DNA of 62,842 nucleotides, counting the filler, from Rhabdomonas costata (taxonomy: Eukaryota), in NCBI GenBank assembly GCA_019059605.1. It is 37 parts of 37 records of this genome, joined end to end, with 100 filler letters (N's around TTAATTAATTAA, not from the genome) between each part and the next. Parts side by side here need not be neighbours in the genome. Positions count along the whole stretch, not along the records: positions 34,051 to 35,642 come from JAHMHO010012243.1; positions 35,743 to 37,342 come from JAHMHO010012244.1; positions 37,443 to 39,042 come from JAHMHO010012245.1; positions 39,143 to 40,742 come from JAHMHO010012246.1; positions 40,843 to 42,442 come from JAHMHO010012247.1; positions 42,543 to 44,140 come from JAHMHO010012248.1; positions 44,241 to 45,840 come from JAHMHO010012249.1; positions 45,941 to 47,540 come from JAHMHO010012250.1; 29 more parts are not named here. One strand, 5' to 3'. Of the stretch, positions 34,245 to 47,540 are shown in pieces. The position numbers and the translations under genes were made by a program. The notes under the pieces were generated by a model. That model made no database searches. It was not told the DNA's origin and saw nothing but the letters and a program-made list of their open reading frames with translations. Position 1 is the first letter of the stretch. The number at the start of each line of letters is the position of its first letter.

Positions 34245-35642
34245 CTCTGCTTATTGTTTGCCCAGTTCTGGTAGCGCAGCAGCTTCTGCTCCACCCGGAG
34301 CTCCTGATCAGTGAGCTTCATCTCCTTCAGCTCCCGCACATGACTGTCTTTCTGTGTGAGCGAAAGGAGATCAAGACAGGCGGAGAGTGGGGAGCAGAGG
34401 GTATTCAAAAGCGGTTTCTAACAGTGGATGTCGGAAAACAGGGTTCAACACCAAACAGTGGATGTCGGAAAATACAATGCATCTGTCAAGACACAGAAAC
34501 TGGAGACAAAGATAGAACAAAAAGAAGGACTTCAGGAAATCCCTGATCCTGCCCGGAGGGAGAGGTGAGAGAAAATGAAGTTGGACCTTGTACTCTTGCA
34601 CCAGAAGCTCGTTGATCCCTTGCTGGAGCTTTGCATCTTGGACATCCTTGAGCTGACGCCGTCTCTCCTCCTTGGCCTTCTGCACTGCTCTGAGAATTCC
34701 GATTTTGGGCAGGAGCTTGGGAAGCAAGAAAAAAAGCTTCGCATCGACCTTTCGAGACATCCGTTTTCGTTTTGACAGCGGAATAATATCGCCAGCTTAG
34801 ACTGAGGCCACCATTCACCACACTCGAACTGGGCGGTCGGACTCTGGTTCATAGGGAGTCTGGGGCTGGCAAAGGCGGACAGCAATGAGCAGGCAGGAAC
34901 ATCTGGGAATGAAGATGAGAACAAGGCTCACCTCCGTTCCTCCCGTTCCTCGGCTTCCTTGCGCTTACACTCCTGGAGTCGCTCCTCGGCCTTCACCTAA
35001 GGGCACATCCACCACCGCACCGCACACTTTCTGATACATTCAGGGGAAAGGGCATGTGGACAGGTTCCGTAAACCAAAAAACTCTCCATACAGTGCGTCC
35101 TCTCAAGGCAAGCAGCGGTAAACGTCATTTCCGCTAAAACCGCAGGTGCTGCATAACCCGGCCAATTATTTATATTCCAGTGACCTTGAAAAACTAGCAC
35201 CAGAACGCCCCCACCCCCCAAAAACAGCCCAAAGTCGCGGATCGGCCGCATTGTGAACGAAACTGCATAATAAACCACAACAAATGGAACCCTCACCCAT
35301 CCACCAACACATACACACCTGGCGGATCAACAGCAGCTGCTTCCAGGCCTCCTCCATGCGCTCCTTACCTTCGGAGGATTCTTGGATAGCCATTAAGCGT
35401 TGCTGTTGAGAAAAGCCCCCCCCCCTGCACGGAGAGCCAGTGAAAGCGAAACACACTGGCTTTTTGAGGACGGTTCGTTTTAGCATCGTCCGTCTTCAAA
35501 GCACATCAAATCCAAAGCACGAAAATGTGGTGCGCGCGCGTACACACACACACACACACACCAGGGTGTGAATTCTCTCCAGCTCCTTCATCGTGTCGCG
35601 GTGGAGCTGGATGTTTCTTCGGCGCTCGGAGTGAATGAGCTG
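34245..35642 (-). CDS. Five exons of a coiled-coil protein (possibly flagellar)
   Basis: Phase-compatible GT-AG exons, E/K/R/Q-rich: ...ERMEEAWKQLLLIRQ-VKAEERLQECKRKEAEEREER-AVQKAKEERRRQLK...-HVRELKEMKLTDQELR... Confidence 0.75.
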
Positions 35643-35960
35643 NNNNNNNNNNNNNNNNNNNNNNNNNNNNNNNNNNNNNNNNNNNNTTAATTAATTAANN
35701 NNNNNNNNNNNNNNNNNNNNNNNNNNNNNNNNNNNNNNNNNNTCATCTAGGGGACACTGGCAGAGGTCCCTTACCCCCCGTACACTGAGACAGTCATCTC
35801 GAGGGTGCAGCATAAGCTACCTAACCTTGTGCAAGTTAAAATAAATACAATTTTTGATGTTTTCTGTTCCGCCGGTAACCATAACCTCTCCCCCCCCAAC
35901 GTCCATCGAGCCCTCGGGTGCTCGGATGTGTGTCCGTTCTCTCGTGGCTCCACTTTGTAG

Positions 35961-36725
35961 GAGAAGGCCGATGCTGCGGAGGATGCCATCCGCACGGAAA
36001 AGGCTCGTTTCGCTCGGCAGGCGCGGCGGGAGGCGGAGCACTGGAGGGTCCGATCGGAGGCCTGCCAGCAGGCGGTGCACCCCACAGCAGCCCTGGAGAA
36101 GGAGGCGGAGATGCTCCAGGAGATGGTGCGCCTGCCTGGGGAGTGGGGTTGTGGTTGTCTCTGAGTCATCCTGGCTACCTCGCCCATGGTGACCGCGCGG
36201 ACGTCTGTCGCTGCAAGCGATGTTATTTTCCCCGTTGAAAAATCTTCTGTTATAGCGGTATGGCCCGAAATTCATACCGGACAAGGCACGGTTTGGGTTG
36301 ACAGAAGCAGTCTGGGAACAATAGACATTGGGTGTTTGTCGACACACCCCTTGGGATGGAGGGCGACCCTCCGACCATGGGGTGTAAAGGTGTAAGGGAG
36401 CGACGAGGTCGTGGTGAAAGTTAATACACACGGAGGCCACGTAGAGAAACTCTGCACGGTCCCCCTTCCGAAAAAATCCAGTGGTCCCCACCAGCTAGCT
36501 CATCTTCTGGGGTCAGCTGCTGTGCTTATATATATGCTGATCTTGCCCCAGCAGTTAAGAGAGATACCTGTTTACGCCATGTTACGCCTGTGATGTCGTT
36601 GATTGGCGCCGGCTTCTGACTCCTCTCAGGAGGAAGCCACGCTGCGAAGAGAGGCCCAGCTCGCGGCCAAGGCGCAGTACGCAGCTGAGGTGAACGGGCA
36701 GCCTAAGAACAGCGTTGTCGAAGAG
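35961..36725 (+). CDS. Two exons of a coiled-coil hypothetical protein
   Basis: EKADAAEDAIRTEKARF...LQEM and EEATLRREAQLAAK...VVEE, phase-0 GT-AG. Confidence 0.65.
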
Positions 36726-37633
36726 GTGAGGAAGGGAACAGGAGAGCAATGTTTTGCCTTTCTTGGGACACTGCGAATATGCGTTGACTGCGAGCGAGCA
36801 ACCTTCAGGTCATTTTCATCAATGCCGGTGTGAAGTGCAACCAAGACCAAGTGACCCGATTGCTACCCCGGCAGTTTGGTCCATATTATATATTTCCATT
36901 TATTTTCAAAAATATACACCAACAACTTCGGGCATACTGTACCCGTCCCCTGATTTCTCGCGTTCACCACTCCCAGCGCTGGCGGAAAACCTTCAGAATC
37001 CAACTCTTCCTATGTGTGCTGCGGCGGAGATTCCCTGTGTGTTTTGATAGTGTTGTTATCCAGATAACCATAGTACGCCACAGTACTCAGTTTCTTCTTT
37101 GCCAGAGGACAGCAAAACGTCCCTTTGAGGACTTAGTGGTACCACTTATGTAAACATTCCTGGGCTCAACTCTTCGGTGTGATAAACAGAATAGTTAATA
37201 TGCCGAAAAAGAACTTAGGCTGAGTATGCAAGTCTTAGCAATTTCCAAAGGGCCCAAATAAACATTCCCGCCCGGGCTAAAATGCCGAAAGGCTACTAGG
37301 AAGCTACCTGCAAGTTCACTACGTGCTACCGTCACCAACAACNNNNNNNNNNNNNNNNNNNNNNNNNNNNNNNNNNNNNNNNNNNNTTAATTAATTAANN
37401 NNNNNNNNNNNNNNNNNNNNNNNNNNNNNNNNNNNNNNNNNNGGGTTTTTTGAAATTCAAAATTTGTTTTTCTGCACGGAAAGATTCAAAAATTACTTCC
37501 AATTTTCGTGGTTTCCGCGTGTCGAAACGTGTTTGAATTTACCCCCTGGTTGGAGGCAAGTTACAACCCTTCCATAATTGTCCCGTAGCACTGTGGCAGA
37601 ACAGAGCGACAAAAACAACGTGACGCGGCGCAC

Positions 37634-38735
37634 CCAGGGTGACGCGCTCCTTGCGCGTCTGGAGCTCCTTCTCCATCTGGTCCGCCAGGTCAGACACTGT
37701 GAGGATGCCAGAGGTATCGATGCCCTTGTTGCGGCAGTGCTCGGCGATGGTGGTGTCGACGGACATCACGTGAGACACCAGCCACTGCACACACACGCAC
37801 ACGCACACACTGACTTGTGTGGATGGATTGGCATCCATACAAGGGGATGTTTCATCTGATGGTCCAGCGTGTTCTACCGCCTCGCTGCGGGCGGCGGGCG
37901 GGGCCCCGCACGGAATTCACGCCGTGCGCACTTTCCGCATTCGCAGTGTTTCGTGCAAAGAAGGATGACCCAGAAGGTTTAGGGTGGGGATAGCGGCGTA
38001 CGTCGATGACAACTTTCAGCATGTTCTCGAGGTCCAGGGTGCCTGCCTCGAAGTCCGTGACCCAATCCTGGCATTGCTTGGTGAACTTGCGATGCAGCTG
38101 GATGTGCGAGCCGTACATCGGGTACCCCACCATTTGCTGCAACTGACGGGCAACAGAGGACGAGTAGCGGTGCTAAATACAGATCCCGTGACACGAAAAG
38201 TTGTTTGATTTCAGGAAAAAAAAAATCGACCCACCACGCACGAGGAGCGTCCAGCAACCAGCTGCAACTGTGCCCAATGTGTTGCAAGGAACTCAAGGAA
38301 CTAGCGTGCAATGGGTATACGAGCGACTGTTATTCCTTTATCCTTCAAAAAAAGCGGAGCACTGCAAACTTAACGTGCATTTTGAACACCGCAGCGACGC
38401 TATCCATTCCGCGACGCACGGATCCTAAACCGTAAAACCCACGCATTCCCCGTGATGCGAGGTGAAAGGGCCATGTCAGGGTAAAAGAGTAACGGCAGTC
38501 CCCATGGCTGGATTCAGAGCAAAACGGTTATGTGTCATTCGTTGACTTACCATAAAAAAAGAGCGGCGAGGCGTGCGTGCAGAAGGAGGCAGGTTGCGCG
38601 CACCAGTTCTTCGGACTCGAAGTGCTCCGCGCAGTACGACCCCAAACCCTTCAGAGTGCGCAGCACGAAAGCCTCCGACTTCTTCATCACATAGGACACC
38701 CGGAGCTCCTCGATCAGTTCAAACAGCCGCTTGTG
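37634..38735 (-). CDS. Hemerythrin (HHE di-iron) domain protein, three exons
   Basis: Exons 38735-38604, 38142-38002 and 37784-37634: HKRLF...HFESEE-LLQQMVGYP...HIQLH...D-WLVSHVMSVD. All canonical H, HxxxE, HxxxH and HxxxxD ligands are present. Confidence 0.92.
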
Positions 38736-39150
38736 CTGCGACACGGAAGGAGGATATACAAATCATGGTAATGGCAACACCCAAACCAACCGTAACGCCC
38801 AGGAGGAAAGGAGAGACGGAGAGAGTTTTTGCGTCACCCGTAACGCTCGGCAGCGCCGAAAACAGTAAAGTAACAATAAGGTTAGAAGAGGTAATTCCAG
38901 CGCGTAAAGGTATCAGCGGCCCTGATTGCAGATTAAAGTCCAAGCCTGAGCCAGAAGAATCCGTACCCTCCAACTTTCCTGCACACATTTGACGGTGACA
39001 TCGGACACTGTTGCAAGCGATGGCACTCTGACACAAAACACANNNNNNNNNNNNNNNNNNNNNNNNNNNNNNNNNNNNNNNNNNNNTTAATTAATTAANN
39101 NNNNNNNNNNNNNNNNNNNNNNNNNNNNNNNNNNNNNNNNNNGCCTGCAG

Positions 39151-40154
39151 GTCTTCAGCGACACCTCCCTGGTGTGGGCCGCGAAGGCCAGTGCGGTGCC
39201 CCTTGCCCTGGAAGTCGCCACCATGGCGTATGTAGCCAGCGCTCCATTCCTCTCTCTCTCTCTTTCCTCTACTCAGCAGCATTACGCTCGCCCGCGTCCT
39301 TTTTCACGAACCCAGGCACAGGTATGGCTTTGAAGAGGTTGGGGTAAATGCTTCGCCCAACGGGTAGGCTCTGCGCCAACTGCCCCAAGCGTCGTTGCTG
39401 GAGCAATGGTGCAGGCTCAGTGTTCTGGCTCACATTGACGTACCTACACACCCGCACGCCATGCCCCCAACACTCCCCCAACAGCAAGGTGGAGGGGATG
39501 GTGGTGATGCTGGGCGACGACGGGATGGTCTCCGTCAACTATATGGGAACGGACCCGGCCACGGGTCCGGTGCAGATCCTAGGTGCATGTGGTGCCTGCG
39601 TGCATGGTCCCCGATGATGATTGCTGGTCTTACCCGTAGGCAGTGATACGAAAGCACCACGACGCACCTTGGTTAGCATATCCAGAAGCGGGGATATGGG
39701 ATGACCAGAGTGCTCAGTCGGGGTGTTGTTGATGTCACCTGTTTCCTGTATGTGTGTCCCACCCGTCACCCTTTGTGGCTTTCCTTTATTGCAGAGTCTA
39801 AGGAGCTGGACTACGAGGAGATGGACGAAGAGCACCGCCGGCTTCAGGCGCTCATCCGGCAGGCGGTGAACGGTTCGAGACCCCACTTTCTATTCAGGGT
39901 TTCACGGACGGATTTGCAGTCACCCCGACTGATTTGCAGTCACCCCCACCGAGCAGTTTTGTGGTTTGGTTGGGCGAGGTGGTCTATCATGGCTGCCTTT
40001 TAGCCTTTGTGCCTGCATATATCCCACTCCTCATTGCCTTCGTCCATCCCCCATCCCCATCCCCATCCCACCCTTCTACACCTCAGCTGGGAAGGCGGAG
40101 CCCAAGGATCAGGTCCAGATGAAGGCCCATGTCCCGGGAGTACTTGACTCCAGG
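39151..40154 (+). CDS. BBS9: BBSome subunit BBS9/PTHB1, four internal exons
   Basis: LVWAAK...GMVVMLGDDGMVSVNYMGTDP...SKELDYEEMDEEHRRLQALIR, matching the BBS9 N-domain/coiled-coil junction. Confidence 0.9.
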
Positions 40155-40842
40155 GTACGTGTGCGTGTGTGTTTGTATGTGCTCACGGCGACGATAAGGT
40201 TCTTTGAATTTCGCCAGCTCGACGCCTCCATGTCAGAAATCACCCCACAGTAGCCCAAGTGCCGGCTCCTCTAGCCCTTTAGCTTGGAGCAAAGTCCTGC
40301 TCCCCGCCACACCTCTTTCACCCCTCGCTGATGCGCAGGCTTTCGCTCCATGCGCCTCCTCGTCCGGAATCGGTGGGTGCAAGACTTCCAATTTGTAGCG
40401 CGTAACCAGTTTGCCTCACTTTTGGATGCGTTGTAAAACAAAGGCCTGGTGTATCTCGCTCAGAGCTTTGAGCCAGGGGGTGAAAACGGCTGTTTCCGAC
40501 CCAAACTACACAACCCCAGTCAACACACAAACACATTTCTCACTATCTCACTCAACGCAAATTCCAGCAATCATTTATATTCTGCCCTCTCGCTTCCCTC
40601 TCCCACATTCCCACCGACACATGGACCCTGCTGAAACCCCTCCCAAACCCTCATGACCCAGTTAACCCAACAATCCCAGCAAGTGGCTTCACTTGCTGGG
40701 CAACTCCAACACCTACAGGCGCAGTTCGCCTCCCTTTCTTTGNNNNNNNNNNNNNNNNNNNNNNNNNNNNNNNNNNNNNNNNNNNNTTAATTAATTAANN
40801 NNNNNNNNNNNNNNNNNNNNNNNNNNNNNNNNNNNNNNNNNN

Positions 40843-41049
40843 GGTGTGTGTGCCAGCCGAAGTGCAAAGGACAGTTCTTGCTCGTCAGTAGAACCTGCAG
40901 CTGAAGGAGAAATGGCAGCGGAGTATGAAGCATGGGTCATGGCTCTGACCCGTGCTGTGGAGGGCTGCTGGCGAGAGTCGCTCAGAGTCCCGCTTCGGGC
41001 GTCAACTGGGGGTCATCGGCGGAACGCCTTTCTCCTGGCTCGGAAATGA
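40843..41049 (+). CDS. Possible terminal exon with PH-domain-like C-terminal helix
   Basis: AAEGEMAAEYEAWVMAL...* (ExxxWxxAL). Confidence 0.3.
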   Translation, partial: GVCASRSAKDSSCSSVEPAAEGEMAAEYEAWVMALTRAVEGCWRESLRVPLRASTGGHRRNAFLLARK

Positions 41050-41394
41050 GTGCAACTGCATGGCGCTGCGGTGCTGATCTTGTTCTGTTTGCACTTCATG
41101 TCCTTGTGCTGTATATGGAACAAGGAGAGTACGCTTGGTCGGAAAATTCTTTCTTCATGTCTTTCTCGAGCAGTTGTTAATCTGGGAAAGGGTTTCGTTT
41201 CCAAAGACATTGATAATGATTTTCACTGAATCGTATGGTTGGAAGGTTTCACTGAGAAGGGTCGTGGTGGTCTCCGCTGCGATGTCGTTTGTTTGGTCAT
41301 TTAAAATTTTTGGAAACGCGCGCGAGATTCCCTGGAGCCTTTTCTCTATTTAGCGTCATTCCGTTTCTAACCCTTTGGGTTGTTTACCCCCTCC

Positions 41395-42442
41395 ATGGAA
41401 TACAAAATGACCTCCAGGTGGCCTCGAGCAGGTGGTGAACCCTCTGAGAATCCAGCTCACGGCTGCGCCCAACTCGACATTTTCGACTTTGATGGGACCC
41501 TTTTCAGAAGTCCCGAGCCCAACCCAAGCATATGGGGAAAAGGAGGAATCGGCCGGATGATGAACCCTGTCTTACAAGGTGGCATGGGATGGTTTCAAGA
41601 CCTCCGCACTCTTCTTCCCCCCATGGTGGAAGAGCATCCAGACACCACTTGGTTCCATCCCACAGTCCTCGAAGCTGCCCATCGTAGCTTGCGCGACCCC
41701 TCTCATGTTGCCGTCATTCTGACTGGGCGCACGGTTCCGTTTGAGGCGCGCATCGCAGACATTTGTGCTTCGGCGGGGCTTACGTTTCACTCCGTACACT
41801 GCAAGACTTCGCCAGCACTGAGCACCATGAAGTTCAAGCAACAGGCCATTCGTGGGCTCATTGACGTGCATCGTCCTGCGTGCGTCCAGATGTGGGAAGA
41901 CCGCCCTCATCACAAGAGGCAGTTTTTGCGGTTTGTTGGCGAACTGCGCGCATTGGGAAAAATCTCCTCCTTCTGTGTCGTCGACTTTGACGTTGAGCCC
42001 CGATATGCAGACGAAGTGTATGGGTTTGGGGAATGGGAAGGGGGAAGCGGTAGGAACTGCTCTGCGTGTATAAATGCCTTCGAAGCTGTACATGTTCGGT
42101 GCTCGCGGAACTGGGCTGTGAAATTTTCGATCTTTGACAATGTGCGCAAAGGTGAATATTGATATTGATTGGTAAGTTGTATAGCACGTTAAACTCAGAA
42201 TACGTGCTTTTTAGCCTGAGTAACGTTTAAACATATGCATACATACTAACCTAGCGGCATTTTACAGCGTTCCAGGACATTTCTATGTTTTATTCCTGGG
42301 CCACCTTGAGATCCTGGTTTTTTTGGTTGGGGCCAAATGTGTTTCTGCGCGTTTGACCGCACTGACATACACACCCACCTCTTTCGCTCGTAGGAAGATG
42401 AGATTCGCCTTGTTCAGAATATTCGCTCTGAGCGCAACATGG
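41395..42442 (+). CDS. HAD phosphatase, Swiss-army-knife RNA-repair-like (HAD_SAK_1 type)
   Basis: IFDFDGTLFRSPEPNP..W, ILTGR, TMKFK, MWEDRPHH. Exon 1 ends at ~42016 (YADE|GT); exon 2 from 42394 reads EDEIRLVQNI. Confidence 0.85.
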
Positions 42443-42542
42443 NNNNNNNNNNNNNNNNNNNNNNNNNNNNNNNNNNNNNNNNNNNNTTAATTAATTAANN
42501 NNNNNNNNNNNNNNNNNNNNNNNNNNNNNNNNNNNNNNNNNN

Positions 42543-44140
42543 TGTGTTGGGTGGGTTGGGAACAAGGGGCTCCAAATGCAGCCTCCGACGTGTGGCGGCG
42601 TGATGCCGATAATTGGTCCAGAAGCTTTGTGTAACGGCCCTCGAAATCTACATGGAACGCGTGGGATTATGCGGATAAAGTGACAACCAGAAGGCCTGGC
42701 AGAGTTGAAAGATACATGGTGGGAGGAGTGAACCCGTTCTGTAGAGAGTGGACATGAGTACCAACGCTCGGCGATCCAGGCCGTTGAAAAGGGGAGCACG
42801 TCTGGATATATGTGCACGCCGAGTTATATCAGAGAGGGTAAGGGGAGAGAAGGCCGAACCGGAGAGAGAGAAGGGCAAGACGGCGGATAGACGGCGTGTG
42901 ACACTTTGCCTTTAAGTTTTCCGTCGTCCATTCATCTACGCCTCTCAAGCCGAGTTTCATTCCAAGACTTTCCTATCTAAACACCCGAAACGGTCATTCA
43001 AAACAACAGCTACACCAGCCAAAAATCGTCCGAGTTCCATTTGACACCCCCGCCAATGTGGCATCAACGTCTGAGCCGCAAGCACACAACCTCCGGTCGA
43101 CGCCACCCCGTGTACATTCACGAATTGCGACCCGTTCCACGCCACTCATCATTTTCCATCGATTATCCCTTGATAAAATCACCAAAGCCCATTCGAAGAT
43201 GATCTCATTCCTCGTTTATGACGTCAACACCACAGACCGCATTCTGAACCTCACCCAAACCAGTCGAGCCAGGCACCTTCTCTCATTTGTGGTGGCACAT
43301 CTGGCATCTGTTAACAGTGCCACTTCGACTGTAAAAATGTTTTTAACGGGCTCACCCAAATTAAGCTGATCACCGAATCCATTATTGAGACCAACATTCC
43401 ACATATTTTCGACATGACTCTTTACAAAACTCTCTCTCCGCACTGTCAACCATAATAATTTCACTCACAAACCACGCACCTTCACTCATCGCATTAATTA
43501 CCCTCAAACGACGCAATTGCTTTCATCATCACACTGCACTTTGGACCTGAATTTCCAAAACGCCCCTCCACATGAATCAAATCCGCAATCCGCCTCGATA
43601 CCAAATCAGCGGCAGCTCACGTACACTACATCTGCTTCTCACAAGCCCGAACAACGGGCAACGTCTACCTCAAACATCACATCCTAGCCGAGCATGTTAA
43701 CCAAAACAAAGGCAACCATTACAAACACTACCAACCATATCAATGCTAACCTACACACATACACAACCAGACAACTTCAATCACACCGACGCCAGTTCTA
43801 GTGAATTTGTACAGACGTTCAACATCGCTTCGGAGGAAAATCCCACCGACAACCACTACCGTCGACCCTTCTCATGCAACCAATCAAGACCGTCACGCAC
43901 CCCATCATTTATGTGGACCAAGAAAATCGCTTGCTTTGAAACACGCTATATGCACTGGCCTTATGGGAACACTTTTTTGCCGATGGAAGAAAACCTGACC
44001 GACAAAGAATTGGCCACATGAAAAGAACTATCTGCCACCTTTCACAGCATTCAAACGCGAACCTGCCTGGGCCTTTTAAAGACCACACTGGTATCAAATC
44101 CAACCACCACTATTCAAGCGGGCATTATTCAACAAACCCC
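42543..44140. mobile_element. Possible highly decayed LTR-element remnant
   Basis: No exon structure; strongly A/C-skewed 42950-44140. Weak integrase-like words (FHRLSLDKIT, FGPEF) and an LTR-edge-like TGTGACA at ~42897-42903. Orientation unresolved. Confidence 0.25.
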
Positions 44141-44496
44141 NNNNNNNNNNNNNNNNNNNNNNNNNNNNNNNNNNNNNNNNNNNNTTAATTAATTAANNNN
44201 NNNNNNNNNNNNNNNNNNNNNNNNNNNNNNNNNNNNNNNNGGGTGGTGGTAACTAGACAGCAGTGTCGCAGAATTGAGGTTTTCAAAGATTTTGTGTTGC
44301 CAGATCACCGTCTGGTTTGCCATTATGCGTCTCACTAAATTTTATTAGTTCATGAAATACCATTATTCAATAGTTGATGAAAAATGTCCATGGCGATATT
44401 TTGCTGAAGAACTGGCATGCTAGATTTTGCTGTTCGATGCGCAATCGGGAGCTGGCCTGTGGTCCATCGGCTTGTGGGGGGACGGGAATGCTGCAG

Positions 44497-45082
44497 GTAA
44501 GGACGAGGAGCTTGCAAGCCTGCGGTCTCTGGTCGCACTGATGCAGCAGGTGGACCGGGCCTCCCCTGCAGAGGGGGAGGACCAACTCTCCATCGGCTTG
44601 CTGAAGGCTGAGAATGAGGATGTGAGTGCGCGAACGATTTGTCAGTGCCCGCGGTCTTCTTAAATACTTTTTCGAATGGGCAGCGTCAAAAAAAATACTG
44701 TTCAGCAGAGTTTTCGGAAGTAAATATGGCCCAGGCGAAAGTAAAAAGTGAGGAACGCAATCTTAGGTTATGCAAGACATGGGTGTTTCCCGGAAAAAAA
44801 ATTAATCTCAACTTTGCAGCTTTCAGTGCATAAGAAACAACCATGCTGTCATGGTTTACAAAGTGAGACTTTTGTGCTGCACCTGAACCCCAACTCCAAA
44901 AGGGAACTTGACTTCACACTTTTCTTCTGCCTTGGGCAATACAAAAACGGTGAAAAAGAATTCCCGAAAGAAAAAAAGGCGCCGCAATGTGAATTCCTTG
45001 CGCTTTCCAAATCAACTCAGCTGCGACAAACGCTGCGCAAGAAGGAGGCTATTGTGGCCGAGCTGTCTGCTTCTCAAGGACG
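44497..45082 (+). CDS. Exons of a coiled-coil hypothetical protein
   Basis: KDEELASLRSLVALMQQ...LLKAENED|GTGAGT...CAG|LRQTLRKKEAIVAELS. Confidence 0.6.
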
Positions 45083-46883
45083 GCAAGCACCTCCAGGCAT
45101 CCCCTTCGCTGTCTCCCTTTTTATGTTGGAGTTGTTTTATAGTCTTAGATGTCTTCATTATTTCCAGTGCTAGTCTGCAGAGCAGAAATGGTTCGTTTTT
45201 GCAACCTGTAAATGTCCCATCGCGAGAGACAAGCATTGCAAGACATGACGTTTCTGTGTTTTTCTGCAGTTTAATCATCTTTTCGCTTTGCTGTTTTTCT
45301 GCTTTTCTGTGGGTGATGTGAAAGACGTCTTATGAAAAGGAAACCTGTCTCTCATTTAACTGAAGATCCATCGTGTTTGAGAGGCCACCTCAGCTTCATT
45401 ATGCCCTCAATTTATGCTCCGGCGCGAGGCACCGTCATTGCCTCGCTTCCTTCCTCCCTCGTCTGACGCTTTGGGGTCTTGTCTCGGGCGGAATTCCTTT
45501 GCACCGCTCTCACTCCCTTTCTGAGTGCATTGAATGTGCCTTTTTCCTTTTTTTTTTACGTCAGGAACGGCTCGTCCCACGTCGGCAAGGCCGGGAACTG
45601 CCATGGGGGGTCGGCCGGTATGCCCGTCGTTCTCAAACGGGAAAGACATGGTCGTGGGTTCTGTCTCAGTATGTATCTTATGGCTGCTCAGTATCGACTG
45701 ATATTCTGAAGCTTTCTCTCTTTCTTTCATTTTTGTGACTCCGGTGTGCAGGAAAGGCTCTTTTAACCATAAAAGTACCTCAATCCTTCACGCTAGCCAT
45801 TCACTGTGGTGCTACCGTGACATCTTTAGTACCACAAACCNNNNNNNNNNNNNNNNNNNNNNNNNNNNNNNNNNNNNNNNNNNNTTAATTAATTAANNNN
45901 NNNNNNNNNNNNNNNNNNNNNNNNNNNNNNNNNNNNNNNNGTGTTTGTGTGCCCCGGTGATCGCCGATGTTGACCACAAGGTAGTATAATTTAGTCAACT
46001 TTTAATCTCAGGTCGCGGTTTTGGTGGGTTTGTTTTTGGGCACCCGCGGCTTGCCTGGGTTATTCAATTTAGTTCTGTAGTCAGGAATTGTCTTGGGTTT
46101 TTACGGTCGAAACATGTTGCGCGTTTGCCTCCTCCTCCCAACGGGGCAGTGGCTGGCACTGACCATGTCTTATTGCCTTAAAGTGAAACAGTAAAAAGTG
46201 AGACCACCCTCTTCCATACGTTTTTTGTCGGGTGCTTTTGCCAGCACTGAGATGAGGTTTGCCATGAACCTACTCACATCGTACTAGGGTAAAATTTGTG
46301 GACACATTGAAAGACCTCGGAAGACCAACTGTGAAGGGACTTCTGAACTGCAATCAAAAGGGCAGAAAGCGGATATCAGCCGATAGTATAAATGCAAAGT
46401 GAGAAAACAGCCCGGAAAACGCAAGGCAAACAAAGCGAAGCCCGACCCCAATACCAAAAAAAGATTTTCCCCGGCTTTCATCCATTTTGAGCCCTCGTGT
46501 CGGCCCCATCGCCCCTAAATCAGACAATCAATTACTACTGCATTGCTGGTTTTTTCACCTGCGGAGAGCAAGATACTTCACCTTCAACACTGGCCAACCA
46601 CAAGCGTTGCGGTGATAACTGAACCCCACCCAAGCATACAGCACTGGACCACCAAATGGGCAGAAGCACTTATTAAGAAGGTGGTCCCCCCAAATACCTA
46701 CCGATTAACCCATCGGGAAACAGACCCGTATTTCTCTGTAAGGAAACTCTGGTGCTTTTGGACTTTGGAATTGGGAGACTGCAGGGACCATACAGGGGAC
46801 CATACAGTGTTAAAGGCATTTTTCAGTGACCACTTGCGATCGCCACTATTGCAACTCATACGACAAAGGTTCTAACAGGCTAC

Positions 46884-47540
46884 CATCAGCTTCTCCACCA
46901 TCGTCCCGAAGTGGGCCTGGATGTCTGAGATCTCCTTAAACACACTGTGCTTCTGCTTCACCTTCTCCAGGTTCATGTTGGACACCTCTTCCATTTCGTG
47001 GCTCAACCGGATCAGCGGCGCCGTGACAAAGTAGCTCAGCAGCAGTCCCGCGCCAACACTTAGCACACCTATCGCGAGTCCGGTGTAACCCAGCATCCTC
47101 CGAGCCGCCGCGGTAATGTCCGCAAACAGCTCCGTAAGCGAGAGCACCACGCAGACGTCCCAGTGCAAACCGTGAGGAAGGACCATCGTTTGCCCCATGA
47201 GGGAGTAATGCTCCTCGTTGAGGGTGAAGCGGAACTCCAAAAACGCGTCCAGGTGAGAGGGCGATCCAACCAACATAAGAGCATGTAGCTGCCCCCCAGC
47301 ACAAGCGACGATGGGATCCTGACTTTGCCAGACTGCCATGCGACGGTACATACTGCTTCCGTTCGCAGCATACACGCCGCCATGGCTCGCCCCAGTGAGC
47401 AGAGCGGTTCCCGTCTCGTACGTGAAGGTGCGGCCGCCAATGCGTAGAAGGGGCTGTTCTGGACAAGCTCGCTCAAAAATTCCCCGAGGAAGGTCAACAT
47501 CAGTCCCCTGCCCAGAAGCCCCACGCACTCCCCCACACAC
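46884..47540 (-). CDS. Receptor-type (Cache-like / TM / HAMP-like) adenylate-cyclase-family exon
   Basis: HGLHWDVCVVL...ELFADI, TM, then APLIRLSHEMEEVSNMNLE...SVFKEISDIQAHFGTMVEKL (HAMP-like), ending at ATG|GTAGCC. Confidence 0.75.

Noticed and set aside
34420-34472. AACAGTGGATGTCGGAAAA twice, CRISPR-like
   Set aside because: Only two copies with a 15-nt gap, inside an intron, with no cas genes; a local duplication.
44375-44407. Box C/D snoRNA-like TGATGA...CTGA
   Set aside because: Too short, no terminal stem or recognisable rRNA guide. No convincing tRNA, rRNA or snRNA was seen anywhere in the window.
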